NCBI GenBank assembly: GCA_951406725.2
Contig: OX597828.1
Location: 47,864,001 to 47,928,000 of the forward strand
Length of the DNA: 64,000 nt
Reading direction: 5' to 3'
From: Octopus vulgaris
Lineage: Eukaryota
The notes under the pieces are model-generated. The model searched no databases. It had not been told where the DNA came from and saw only the letters and a list, made by a program, of their open reading frames with translations. Position 1 is the stretch's first letter. Every line of letters starts with the position of its first letter. The position numbers were made by a program, and so were the translations under genes. Positions 1 to 13,590 of the stretch are shown here, in pieces.

Positions 1-502
1 AAGTTGTGGTGAAAGAGTACAGCAGGGATCACCACCATCCCCTGCCGGAGCCTCATGGAGTTTTAGGTATTTTCGTTCAATAAACACTCACAACGCCCGG
101 TCTGGGAATCGAAACCGCGATCCTATGACCGCGAGTCCGCTGCCCTAACCACTGGGCCATTGCGCCGCCACAAATAGGAAATAACAGTTACTACTCAAGG
201 ACATGTTACACTGTAATTGACCAGTGGCTAAAAAACAACCATTATGGTTTCTAATTTCAGCTCAAGGCCAGAAATTTCGAGAGTTGGGGTCAGTTAGTTG
301 ATACTAACAAATCCATAATTTGATTAATTCTTTATTTTTATGAGAACTCTTTTGTCTGCGAGATAGCATGCATTGACAAATATGTTCTACTCATAGAGGT
401 AGTCATGAGATGTGCTAAAAATAACAGCTAAATAGGCCTTAAATCTCACATACCCATATTTTTTTTGTTTTGGTTTTTGCACATGCGTATGAATTTCTGT
501 AT

Positions 503-721
503 GTACTCTTTTTTACATGTTTCAGTCATTTGACTGTGGCCATGCTGGAGCACCACCTTTAGTCGAGCAAATCGACCCCAGGACTTATTCTTTGTAAGCC
601 TAGTACTAACCCTATCGGTCTCTTTTGCCGAACTGCTAAGTTATGGGGATGTAAACACACCAGCATCAGTTGTCAAGCGATGTTGGGGGGGACAAACACA
701 GACATACAAACATATATATAT

Positions 722-788
<67 letters not shown>

Positions 789-960
789 TATACATATATA
801 TACAACAGGCTTCTTTCAGTTTCCGTCTACCAAATCCACTCACAAGGCTTTGGTTGGCTCAAGGCTATAGTAGAAGACACTTGCTCAAGGTGTCATGCAG
901 TGGGACTGAACCCAGAACCATGTAGTTTGTAAGCAAGCTACTTACCACACAGCCACTCCT
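503..960 (-). mobile_element. tRNA-derived SINE family A (internal (TA)/(TG) microsatellite, GTAAAAGA-type tail)
   Basis: Head GGAGTGGCTGTGTGG...GGTTCAGTCC (A/B boxes). About 20 copies in the window, e.g. 14042-14450, 14962-15366, 17775-18172, 21864-22260, 25174-25567, 28742-29162, 30940-31610, 34016-34396, 61117-61520, 63461-64000. Confidence 0.85.
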
Positions 961-1622
961 TACAAATATGCAATAATTTTCTGAAAATTCCAAAAAATAT
1001 AAAAGCTACAAGGGATTGTATGGCATGCATAAAGTAGAATTCCACCAATATTTCATTAGTTTATGATTGACAATACTTGCTGTTACACACAAAATGACAG
1101 CTTCCAAATCCTGATTTCTGACTGGGTAAAAATGATCAAAATTTAAACCTCTGTAACTTTCCAAAAAAAATTTTCTGGAAAAAGTGAAATATCTCCTGAG
1201 ATTCAGTATGAAAAATTACATCAATACTCCAAATTTTAAAATTTTCACTAAACTTTGAAATTTCCACAGGTGCATCCAAACTGAAAAGATTCCATTGATA
1301 ACAAAATGATGAGAGGCAAAGTCAGCCTCTGCAGGATTTGAACTCACAATGAAAATAACCAGAATAAATATAGCAAAGGTTTTTTCCCCTTTTTTGTTTG
1401 ACTTCGATATTTACCAGCAAGCTATTTAGCAATAACAACAGCAACAATAACTACGAACACAGGAGAGTTGGTTATTGCTTGTCCACCCACTGAATTGAAT
1501 TTGAATGCGTAACTTAGTCGACCTACATTTTCATATGGCTATTATCTAATTATATAACATGTTGGGAATGGCACACGATTGTATTTACTTATGATCAGTT
1601 TTCAGTTACTTTATATACCCTG

Positions 1623-1945
<323 letters not shown>

Positions 1946-2374
1946 AGATTTGACCATTTTTAGACTAGGCCAAGTCTAACTTAACATCATACACACTCAC
2001 ACAAACACAAACACACACACACGCACATACACACACACAAAGAGAAATAAGCTAGTATGCGGTGATTTTTGGAAAATTCCACCGATACTAGGTCAAGTTA
2101 TAGTAAATGTGTGCATGAATCTACCAGAGCATGCTGAATGGTATCTATCTGTCTCTGTCTATCCTTCCTTCCTTCATGCTCTCTCTCTCTCTCTCTCTCC
2201 ATATGTATATATATATATATATAGTAAGAGGAGATATATAACTATCCAGGTTGTCAAGCGATGTTAGGGAGACAAACACAGACATGCAAACATACACACA
2301 CACACACACACGCATACATATATATATGTATATATACATATATACAACGGGCTTCTTTCAGCTTCCATCTACCA

Positions 2375-3036
2375 ATTTAAATGGCAACCTTTGAGCCGTA
2401 TTTTCATCTCGGGAATAAAATGGAAGTCTGCAAGTGCTAAATCTGGCGAACAGGGTGGGTGCAGAAGTGATACCCTGTTGTTTTTGGTGAGAAACTCCCA
2501 AGTGAGGAGAGCTCAGTGAAGAATCCTATTCTTCGTGCTCCACCGATCCAGTTGCTTTCGCCAAATGTCCTCCCTCAGATGCTTCGAAACATTGCAGAAC
2601 CCCTGACTGATGGTCTGGCCCTGGGGGATGAATTCTTGATGTACAATACCACATTTCTGGAGGTGACATTCATGGCAGGTCTTCCAGGGACATTCTTCAG
2701 CTTTTGAAGTGCCTGTGCCATTCAAAACATTGCATACGACCCACTGCCTAGACGCTGTAAGCTTGCTGAAGCACGTTCAATGTCTCTGTAGCAGACTTTC
2801 TAAGTTTAACACAAATTTCACAATGGATCTTTGTTCCTGTCCATGACAAAATCGCAGACTTACAGCAAACACATGATCACAAAAACACAAATTTCACAAC
2901 TTGCAAAGTAAACATAACAATGTCACTTGGCACGCTGTCTCGTGGAGATTACTACTAATTCTCACTGCACATGCAAACATGTGCTGCCATCTTTTGGCAT
3001 GCTACAGAACTAGTCCTGGAACTTTTTGATAACACC
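2375..3036 (-). mobile_element. Degenerate mariner transposon fragment
   Basis: Minus strand reads ...GIVHQEFIPQGQTI... and SPDLALADF (YSPDLAPxD motif). Confidence 0.7.
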
Positions 3037-4007
3037 TATGCATATATATTATGTGTATTATTAAAAACACAACAAGAATAAAGTTTAATTTTTTTATTAA
3101 AGATTTTTTTAATATTTCTTTATTTGTCCCTTATGAATGTTTTGGAACAATAAAACAATAACATTCTTAGATTCATTAGTCTAGAAATATATCAAGACCA
3201 TCTCAGCCTGATCATCAGGATGAATTGATGGTTACACTGTTCATGTGCTTGGCAGTAGATTGTAAAGGACCATAGCAATAACTGATAAACTCAGTAATAC
3301 TTTATTTAAAAATTATACAATAAAATCTGGATAGGTTTCATGATATACAATTGTATATGTTTATATGTGTGTCCATGTACATGTGTATGCATGCAGAGAA
3401 GAGAGAGAGAATTTGCGTGTGTGTGTGGGTGTGCGCACATGTATGTATGTGTGTGTGCACATGCATGTATGTATATGTGTGTGCACACATGCATGTATGT
3501 GTGTGTGTGTGTGTGTAAATATGTATGTGAAAATGTTCAGATCTTGTATACATAAAAAATTGGAAATATGAGATTTTTGCTGGGGGAAACTAAATTTTTT
3601 TATTATTTTGTTATCTTGAGAATTTCTCCTTATAAAGTATGATTTATATATAACCCTAGGGCATTGTTTCTCAAAGTCAGCTGCAAGTACCACCACTGGA
3701 GTGGGGGAGTTCAGAAAAGGGTGCAAGGACATAACAAGTGAATAAAATCTGCAAAAAAATTTTAATTAAAGCTTCTTCTGAACATACGCCATGTGTTTGT
3801 GTGTTATAAACTTTGACCATGGGATGCACTTTCTTTTCTTGGATTATTGAAGTGGAATGTGGAACAAAACAAGGTTGAGAAACTCTGCCCAAGGGATTTA
3901 GTAAGTAGATAGATATAAGATATATACATAAACCATATATGCCAGCATATAATACAACTGGATGTACAGGATGATCCCCAGGATTTCCATTTACATACAG
4001 TATGTGT

Positions 4008-4042
<35 letters not shown>

Positions 4043-4810
4043 TGAGAGAGATGGGTTACTAGTCAAAAGGCTTGTTAGGCCAATCAATATTCAACTATGC
4101 ATTCAGTACAATAAGTAGAATGGAGATATAGTTTACTAGTGTTGTCAGACAAACAACTTTAATCCATTTCAACAGAATCTATGAACAGTTTAAACAGATG
4201 TAAGTTTATCCATAGAGCTACACTCAATAAACCATATATATATATGATATGGATTCACTGTGACTATCACAGTAAGCTATTCATTTGGAATAGGCTATCA
4301 GTCTACATAGTAATCAATTACAATGCAGTGTAATATAATGTGTCCGTGTAACAGAAAATCCAGAAAATTTGAGCAGTAAATTATCAGTGAGGAGTAAATA
4401 AAGCATAAAGTCAGGACATGTGAGAAGTGAAGATAGATTTTGTTTCTGAAATGACTTCCATATGATTACAGCTGTTTCATAACCTTTTGAACATAATATT
4501 TACATATGTGAGAGAATTTATAGAAAACAAAACTATGTCAGTAATCAACAGCATGCCTGATAAACTTCAACAGATGATAAAATCTTCACCTTATTGTAAA
4601 TATAAAAGAAAAAACTAAAATGTCTTTTATTGGCAGGAAGAGATAATTCATGCTTCTCACTCGTTCTTAAATTTCCATATTTCAAAAATAAATGTTTTTG
4701 TTGGGTTTTTTTTTCTTTTTTGCATTTCTTATCCTGCAAAGACGAAGGCACCGGAGGTGAGAGTATAAAATGGAATATGGTTGAAATAAGTCCAAAGACA
4801 AGAGAGTGAC

Positions 4811-4853
<43 letters not shown>

Positions 4854-4871
4854 GTAGTAATAATAATAATA

Positions 4872-5090
4872 ATAATTCTTTCTATTATAGGCACAAGGCC
4901 TGACATTTTGGGGGAGGGGGCTGGTCAAGTACACCGACCCCAGTGCATAACTGGTATTTAGTTTATCGACCCCCCCAAAAGGAATGAAAGGCAGTCGACC
5001 CCAATGACATTTGAACTCAAAACATGAGGACAGATGAAATATTGCTACGTATTTGGCCTGGCATGCTAGCAATTCTGCCAGCTCATTGCC

Positions 5091-5123
<33 letters not shown>

Positions 5124-5942
5124 GGTTCAAATTTTGGCACAAGGCCGGCAATTTCAAGGGATGGTTAAGTCAATTACATTGACCCCAGTGCTCAACTGGT
5201 ACTTATTTTATCAACTCCAAAAGGACAAAAGGCAAAGTTGACCCCAGCAGTATAATAAAAGTAATAATGATAATAATAATAATAACGATTTCAAATTTTG
5301 GCACAAACACATATATTTCGAGGGAGGGGATAAGTCAATTACATTAACCCCAGTGCGCAACCGGTACTTATTTAATCAAACCCACCGCACTCCCAAAAGG
5401 ATGAAAGGCAAAGTCGACCATGGCAGAATTTGAACTTAGAACTTAGATGGTGCTAAGCATTTTGGTCAGCATACTAACGATTCTGCCAGCTTGCCAATAA
5501 TGGTTTCAAGTGTCGGTACAAGGCCAGCAATTTCAAGGGACAGGGTAAGTCAATATCAAGGACCCCAGTGCACAACTGATATTTATTTCATCAACCCTGA
5601 AAGGGTAAAAGGCAAAGTCAACCTCAGTGGGATTTGAACTCGGAATGCAGAGAGAGACAAAATGCCACTATGCATCTTGTCCAGTGGGCTAACGATTCTG
5701 CTAGCTCACTACTTAATGATAATAATAATGATGATGATGATTTCAAATTTTGGAACAAGACCAGCAATTTTGAGGAGGGGTAAGTTGATTACATCGACCC
5801 CAGTATTCAACTGGTACTTTTTTAATTGACCCTAGAAGAATGAAAGGCAAAATTAACCTCAGTAGAATTTGAACTCGGAATGCAAAAGACAAACAAAATG
5901 CTTAGTGGCATTTTGTCTGAAGCACTGACAATTCTGCCTCAA
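4872..5942 (-). mobile_element. Tandem array of ~5 Nin/Deu-domain-like SINEs (family C) separated by (AAT)n
   Basis: Recurring GACTTTGCCTTTCATCCTTT...GGGGTCGATAAA..AAGTACC core with a tRNA-like head. Confidence 0.75.
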
Positions 5943-5972
5943 TAATAATACTACTACTACTACTACTACTAC

Positions 5973-6018
<46 letters not shown>

Positions 6019-6019
<1 letters not shown>

Positions 6020-6490
6020 GAGATTATGTAAAAAGTACAGCTTGGACAAAGCACGGAAATGATGCGAACATGAACCAGAAGGAATCACCGAGAACAATGA
6101 ATATAAGATATTGTGGGATTTTATGATCCACTGTGACTCCCTAATCAATGCTCGGAGACCAGACATTGTTGTGGTAGATAACGGAAGAAAGGAAACCAAG
6201 ATTATAGATATAGTAATACCTGGGGATGCACGCATAAGTGACAAAGAACTAGAAAAAATTGAAAAGTACATAGTACTAAAAGACAAAATTGCAGGGAATC
6301 TAGACTATGAGGGGAGAGTCTGTCATTTCTGTAGTTGTAGTGGCACTCGGAGCACTAACAGCCAAGTTTGAGAAATATGTCAAAGGAGTCGGAATTGACA
6401 TGAGAGTAGAGCAAGCCCCACCCCCCCAAAAAAAAAACTGCTCTGCTGGGGACAGCTAAGGATTTCGAGATTGGTACTTAGATGTTGAAT
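6019..6490 (+). mobile_element. R4/Dong-like non-LTR fragment (restriction-like endonuclease domain)
   Basis: ENNEYKILWDFMIHCD...ARRPDIVVVD...IIDIVIPGD...EKIEKY; begins immediately after (AAT)n. Confidence 0.75.
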
Positions 6491-6611
6491 GTCTCCCGTG
6501 ATAATTAAATCCAATTATCAAAGATAATATAATCTGTGGAAAGAGACTTCTGTGACAACAGACTGCTCTGTCTGCTCTCTAAGAATCAACCAGAGCAAAC
6601 AAGACCAAGTG

Positions 6612-7077
6612 AGGAGGAGGAGGTGGGGGTGGGGTGGAGGAGGAGGAGGAAGAAGAGGAGGAGGTAGAAGAGGAGGAAGAAGAATAGGAGGAAGAAGAGG
6701 AGGAGGAAGCAGAGGAAGAAGAAGAGGAGGAGGAGGAGGAAGAAGAGGAGGAAGAAGAAGAGGAGGAGGAGGAAGAGGAAGAGGAGGAAGAAGAGGAGGA
6801 AGAAGAATAGGAGGAGGAAGAAGAAGAGGAAGAAGAGGAGGAAGAAGAAGAGGAGGAGGAGGAGGAGGAAGAGGAGGAGGAAGAAGAGGAGGAAGAAGAG
6901 GAGGAGGAGGAAGAAGAGGAGGAAGAAGAGGAGGAGGAGGAGGAAGAGGAGGAAGAAGAAGAGGAGGAGGAAGAAGAAGAGGAGGAAGAAGAGGAGGAAG
7001 AAGAAGAGGAGGAGGAGGAGGAGGAGGAGGAAGAAGAGGAGGAGGAGGAGGAGGAAGAGGAGGAAGAAGAGGAGGAG
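6612..7077 (+). repeat. Polypurine (GGA/GAA)n tract
   Basis: ~460 bp of almost pure G/A triplets. Confidence 0.95.
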
Positions 7078-10000
7078 TGGTTTCAATTTTTGGCACAATA
7101 GAAACAAACAGGTGCACAAACAGCTTGCCCATATTCACATGTGTGTGTGTGTGTGTGTGCACTATGTAAGTATGAAGATCACTGTATGCAACTATGTATG
7201 TCTATCAATTGTATGTTTGCATGTGTCTCAGTGTATGTGTGTGTGTGTGTGTGTGTGTGCATGTATTAATGTATGTTTGTATGTGTATCAACATATGCAT
7301 GTGACATCAACATCAACATCAACATCATCATCATTTAACGTCTGTCTTCCTGTGTTTGTGTATTTAAACTAATTCACCATTAAATAAATATAAAAATATA
7401 TCATCATCATCATCATCATCGTTTAACGTCCGCTTTCCATGCTAGCATGGGTTGGACGGTTCGACTGGGGTCTGGGAAGCCCGAGGGCTGCACCAGGCCC
7501 AGTCAGATCTGGCAGTGTTTCCACAGCTGGATGCCCTTCCTAACGCCAACCACACCGTGAGTGTAGTGGGTGCTTTTTATGTGCCAGACGAGACTGGCAA
7601 ACGGCCACGCTCGGATGGTGTTTTTTTTTACGTGCCACCGGCACGGGGCCAGTCTAGGCTGGCACGGCCACAATCAGATGGTGTTTGTTACGTGCCACCA
7701 GCACAGAGGCCAGTCGATTTTTATATATATATAAAAATCAATAGAAATATTTTATAACTTATGAATTACATATTTCATATTTATTTATCATTTTTTTAAA
7801 CATGGTGCGGGGTGGGAGTTAAAAATGGGGGTCAGCGAAGTGTAGAACAGTGTAGAACCTGTAAGAGGGGTACAGGTAGGTGTGAAGGTGAGAGACTATT
7901 TACTGAAAGGCTGATCACTGTGACCGACCAGGCCATCAGATGTTGCCACACATCACTGGTCACAATGCGCTTCAGATTGTTTTAGCCTTCAAATGACGCC
8001 ACCCTGCTGGCTGAGCGAGCAGGCCAGAAATACTGATAGCTTATATTAATAAAGCTAAACAAGTATGCCTCTGTATGGTTGCTCGACTTGCTAGAAATAA
8101 CAGCTGTTGAATATCATTCAAATTACACCCTTTATTTATTTCATCATCATCATCATCATCGTTTAGCATCCGTTTTCCATGCTAGCATGGGTTGGATGGT
8201 TCAACTGGGGTCTGTGAAGCCAGAAGGCTTCATCAGGCCTAGTCAGATTTGTTATTAAAATATTTGTAAATAAATATTTGTTATTAGAACAGGTGAGTGA
8301 CAGGAATGACATCCAACTGTGAAACAATGCCTTAGAAATATATTTGCCTAATTCAACCACCTTGAAAAAAAATAAAGAAAAAGAAAAGGACACATTAGAT
8401 GATATAGTCCTAGGTAGATAAAACCCAAAATTAAAATAAATAAAGGTGCAGGAGTGGCTGTGTGGTAAGAAGTTTGATTCCCGACCACATGGTTCCAGGT
8501 TCAGTACCACTGTATGGCAACGTAGATGGGTGTCTTCTACTACAGCCTTGGGCTGAGCAAAATCTTGTGAGTGGATTTGGTGGACAGAAACTGAAAGAGG
8601 TCCCTAATATGTATGTTTGTGTGTGTCTGCATTTGTCCTCCACCATCATGTGACAACTAGTGTTGGTGTGTTTATATCTTCGTAACTTCTGTAGTTGTGA
8701 TACCTGTGCCGGTGGCACATAAAAAGCACCATCTGCTGGTGGCACGTTAAAAGCACCAACCGACCGATGGCACATAAAAGGCACCCACTACACTCACGGA
8801 GTGGTTGGCGTTAGGAAGGGCATCCAGCTGTAGAAACACTGCCAGATCAGACTGGAGCCTGGTGCAGCCTTCTGGCTTCCCAGACCCCGGTCGAACCGTC
8901 CAACCTGTGCTAGCGCGGAAAACGGACGTTAAACGATGATGATGATGATGAACTTAGTAGTTTGGTAAAAGTGACTAATAGTGTAAGTGCCAGGCCGAAA
9001 AAAAAGTATTGGGGTCGATTCATTTGAGTAAAGATTCTCCAAAGTGGTGTCCCAGCAGTGAAACATGTAAAAGGTAAAAGATAAAGATGGGATGGTCATG
9101 GTTGAACTCAACAACAACAAACAATAATTTCTATTCAGTCCAAAAGACCCCCAACAATAAGTGTAAAACAACATCATGGGTGATGTTGCTCACCAGCTTA
9201 AAAGGGCCAAGTAGTTAACAAGTTCCCTTAACAATCACATGGCTTCCAGTTCAATCCTATAACACAGTACTTTGGACATATTGTTTTTCTTTTTTTTTTG
9301 TTAGACAGAACCTGTTAGAGGTAGTAAAGGATTGCTCTTGCTCTTGAGCGATAGACTTTTATCCAAGGGAAAGGCAAAGGCTGACAGAGCTGACACCAGT
9401 GACATCACAACTCATTTCTACAGATGAGTGAACTGGAGCAACACAAAAAATAAAGTGTCTTGTTCAAGAACACAACACAGCCTGATCCGAGAATCAAAGT
9501 CACTGCTTCATGATTGTGAGCTCGAAACTCTAGCCACTGAGCCATGCGCCTCACCACACTTTTGCTAAAAGCATTAAAATAAAACAAAAATAAATATTAT
9601 CTATCACACATACACAGAATGTGTTTTGTTCATATGCCGAATTTGGCACGGGATAGCAGAAAAATCTCCCTATACACAGAGAGTGTTAAAGAACACCTTG
9701 AATGTTTCGCTTGATATTTAACATTCTGGTGTTCTTAAACACTTGGTATGTGTAAGCACCTTTCTCAGGATGCTATCCCACAGCAAATTCAGCATATAAA
9801 CAAAGCATATACACTGTATATATGTGCAATCAAAACTGTTCATGTTACTAGTGGTGGGTTTTGAGTCATACAAAAATAAATATGTATTTTGTGAATGTGC
9901 CGGTTTTTTAGGAAGTGATCGAAAGCTAGTCTAGCAACAAACAGCAAGGTTGATTCATGGATTTTGAGGTCGCCAATTGAAATATAAATTTGTTTTTAAA

Positions 10001-10163
10001 AAGTTTGGTTGCTGGACAATATTTTTTGCTTTGGGATTTGCAGCTTCATGTCAGTTTTGAAATACAATTAAAAGAACAAAAAAAGAAAAGTAAAAAAAAA
10101 AAAAAAAGGATTTAAGAAATATGAACAAAGAATTCTTGTAAAACAATAAAATACAGTATTAAA

Positions 10164-10832
<669 letters not shown>

Positions 10833-11540
10833 ATGTAGTTGTTTATATTTACTCTCCACTGAAGGTTCTCACTAAGAGCAGAGCTGCTTGTGATGTCCAC
10901 TAATCATCCATTCTCTTTTCACTTCCAAAGACACACGAAAGGAAACGATAAAAATTCCCCTACTTTAAAAATAAGCAAGGATCTCTACTAGTAGAGCAAC
11001 AACTCGTTATATAATCATCTAACTCATGCCTCGTGCCGGCATGGATAAACGAATGTAAAAGGTATCAACAGATATACACATGCTCACCACACACACACAC
11101 ATATGTATATACATAAATAAATCAATTTCTTCCAACAAATTTGTAGAACACCTCATTATTTCCATTGTATAGTTTCTTATAGAGCTACACAATATAATAT
11201 AATATTATAATATATATATATATATATAATAAAATATTAGGGAATAAATCCAAACTTACAGGGAAAAATCAGATTTAGGATTGAATCCAATTTTATAGTA
11301 AAATATTATATTATATTAAATTAGAGATAAAACCACTATTAGGCAAATCAAACAATGAAAATCTTAAGCCAATACATAAAATTAATTAATATTTAACATT
11401 ATAGTCGATTTTGATATAATCATAATTGTTAAGTTCTATGTTTCTAGTTTGATAATAGAGTTTATTATAAGTAAAATTATTATATTATTTATATCTTAAA
11501 AATATTGTTTAAATATTTCTGATTATATTTTAGATATTTC

Positions 11541-11615
11541 AATTACCTGAAGATTGACTGTAACCATAACTCGAATAATTACAGATTGGACAGCCATGAA
11601 ACGATCGTAGTGTTT
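11541..11615 (+). ncRNA. Minimal hammerhead motif inside an AT-rich inverted-repeat element (~11230-11756)
   Basis: CTGAAGA at 11547, imperfect stem II TGACTGT/ACAGCCA, GAA, palindromic ACGATCGT, GUA site. Confidence 0.65.
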
Positions 11616-11846
11616 TACTCATTATCTTTGATTAAACTTTTAATACTTTTTATATATATTTAAAATAATATAAATCAATTAATTTTATGTATTGGCTTAA
11701 GTTTTTCATTGTTTGATTTGCCTAATAGTGGTTTTATCTCTAATTTAATATAATATATATATATATAGGCAGTACTGTAATCTGATCCAGGGTTAGTGCC
11801 ATAGCTGTGATTTAAGGGAGCAAACGAGATTGTTCTGGTCAAATTG

Positions 11847-12840
11847 TCAGGGGGGTGATCTTCTATCAGAACAAGGATCAATTGGAGTTGCTGGTTCAGC
11901 GTTGAGGAACATTATGATACAAACAACACTGAAACCAAACAAAACAAACAGTACTTTACAAAGCCGTCTACCTTTGTTGTTGTTGAACTCACTCGGGAAG
12001 ATCTCGAAGAATGTGATATAAAGAAAGGTCCCACAGGCGATGCCCTGAAGCAAGCCTTGGATGAGGCTTGAGGTTAAAGAGTCCCATAAATCAATTATCA
12101 GAATCCCAATACCAATGCCAATAGGGGCTGCAAGGGAAAAGAATAATAATGATCGGATAATACTGCCGTAATGCAGTTTGCTATGACTCAAGTTGATGCC
12201 CAAACTGAGGCTGAGGGTGCACTTGTGCAGAATGATTGCACTTGTGATTGTTAAAATGTTAGTCTCTTTTTGTGCCAAACCAATTGCTAGACCTTCAAAG
12301 ATGGAGTGCAAAGAGAGGGCAACAGTCAGAAGAATGGAACGTAAAACAGACTGGGAATGTCCTTTCGATATGTTATTGTCGTGATGGTCGTGGTTGTGTT
12401 GGTGGTGCTGGTGATAGTGAGAGTCTTCTGAAGCACTGTCAGAAAAACCGTCCTCAATATCAGAAGTTGAAACCTGTGTTTGGTATTCTCTAAACCTTGA
12501 GACATCATCTTCAATGCCACTGATTGTCAAGTCACTTTTGAATGATAAAGCATCCTCTTCGATCTGTTTCCGTTTAGCTTGGTGAAGCAGGGGCTTTTTG
12601 TCAGTGTCTGCTTGCTCAAGATTTTTTTCTTTGAACTCCAAGACAATTTGTTCTGTGATGAGAATGATGAAGAGACCAAAAACCATAACAAATTCAGGCA
12701 CTGGAAAGCCCGTGTGGACCTCATAGAGAATGAGGACATCGGAAAGGTTTTGGCGGACATCTGGAAACAAGTCGAGGAGGCACGTTGCAAGGAAAACACC
12801 AGCAGAGAAACAACTCAGGCAACTGAAGACGTGTTTATAA
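11847..12840 (-). CDS. ZIP (SLC39A1/2/3-like) zinc transporter, coding exon 2
   Basis: Acceptor tttatttcag at 12841. Motifs SCFSAGVFLATCLLDLFP, His-rich loop HYHQHHQHNHDHHD, TM4 ALSLHSIFEGLAIG, TM5 AIILHK and GTFLYITFFEI. TGA at 11847-11849. Spliced CDS is 1140 nt (379 aa). Paralogue identity cannot be resolved. Confidence 0.95.
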
Positions 12841-13149
12841 CTGAAATAAACAGAAATAAAAGAAATATAAACATAAAGCAATGATAGGTGTAAATCAGTA
12901 TACATACACACAAACACACACACATACAAAGTAGTAGCATTCCCTTTAATCTGTTGCAAACTTACCAGGGGGCACTACTGGAGGGTACTATATGTTTAAA
13001 GGAGTCAAGATCTAACTTAGAATTAAAAGATGTAAACCAAGTGCAATGCAAGCATACCTAAACTCACATTGTTTCATTCAAGCCCATCGCCAGACTTTGG
13101 TGCCTGGGGGGGGGGGTGCCTCAGAATATTCTCAGTTGGCACCACTTTG

Positions 13150-13590
13150 TACTGCAGGAAGATTTTTGTAAACTATATTTTCTAAATTTGAGGGTGTGCC
13201 ATTGAAAATTGAGGGGGTAGTGCCGTCCAGTGCACTCCCTTAGTGACAGGCATGTTAATCAGACTTCAAGAAAGGGTGTGCCATTGAAAAGTGAGGGGCT
13301 AGTGCCGTCCAGTGCACCCCCTTAGTGACAGGCATGTTAGTCTGCCGTCCAGTGCACCCCCTTAGAGACTGGCATGTTAGTCAGACTTCAAGAAAGGGTG
13401 TGCCATTGAAAAATGAGGGGGTAGTGCTGTCCAGCGCAGCCCCTTAGTGACTGGCATGTTAGTCAGACTTCAAGAAATGTATTGCGGGAAGATATTTGTA
13501 AACAGTATTTTCTAAATCTAAGGGTGTACCATTGAATAATAAGAGGTCAGTGCTATCCAGTGCCCCCACCCACCCTAGCAATGGACATGA
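13150..13590 (+). repeat. GC-rich minisatellite (~82-bp unit with partial units)
   Basis: AGGGTGTGCCATTGAAAA..GAGGGG.TAGTGCCGTCCAGTGCAC.CCCTTAGTGAC recurs at 13191, 13273, 13395 and 13521. Confidence 0.85.

Noticed and set aside
3180-3220. Isolated CTGATGA/CTGAAGA heptamers (also ~21578, 26151, 50960, 52160)
   Set aside because: No stem II plus GAAA and stem I pairing; treated as chance matches.
6518-7169. Long Gly/Arg-, Pro/Leu- and Leu/Phe-rich ORFs
   Set aside because: Translations of the (GGA/GAA)n tract with no splice or domain support.
12841-12959. N-terminus of the 370-aa ORF (MQQIKG...) as the ZIP start
   Set aside because: Intronic, non-ATG start; the true TM1 exon is at 20416-20561 with matching phase.
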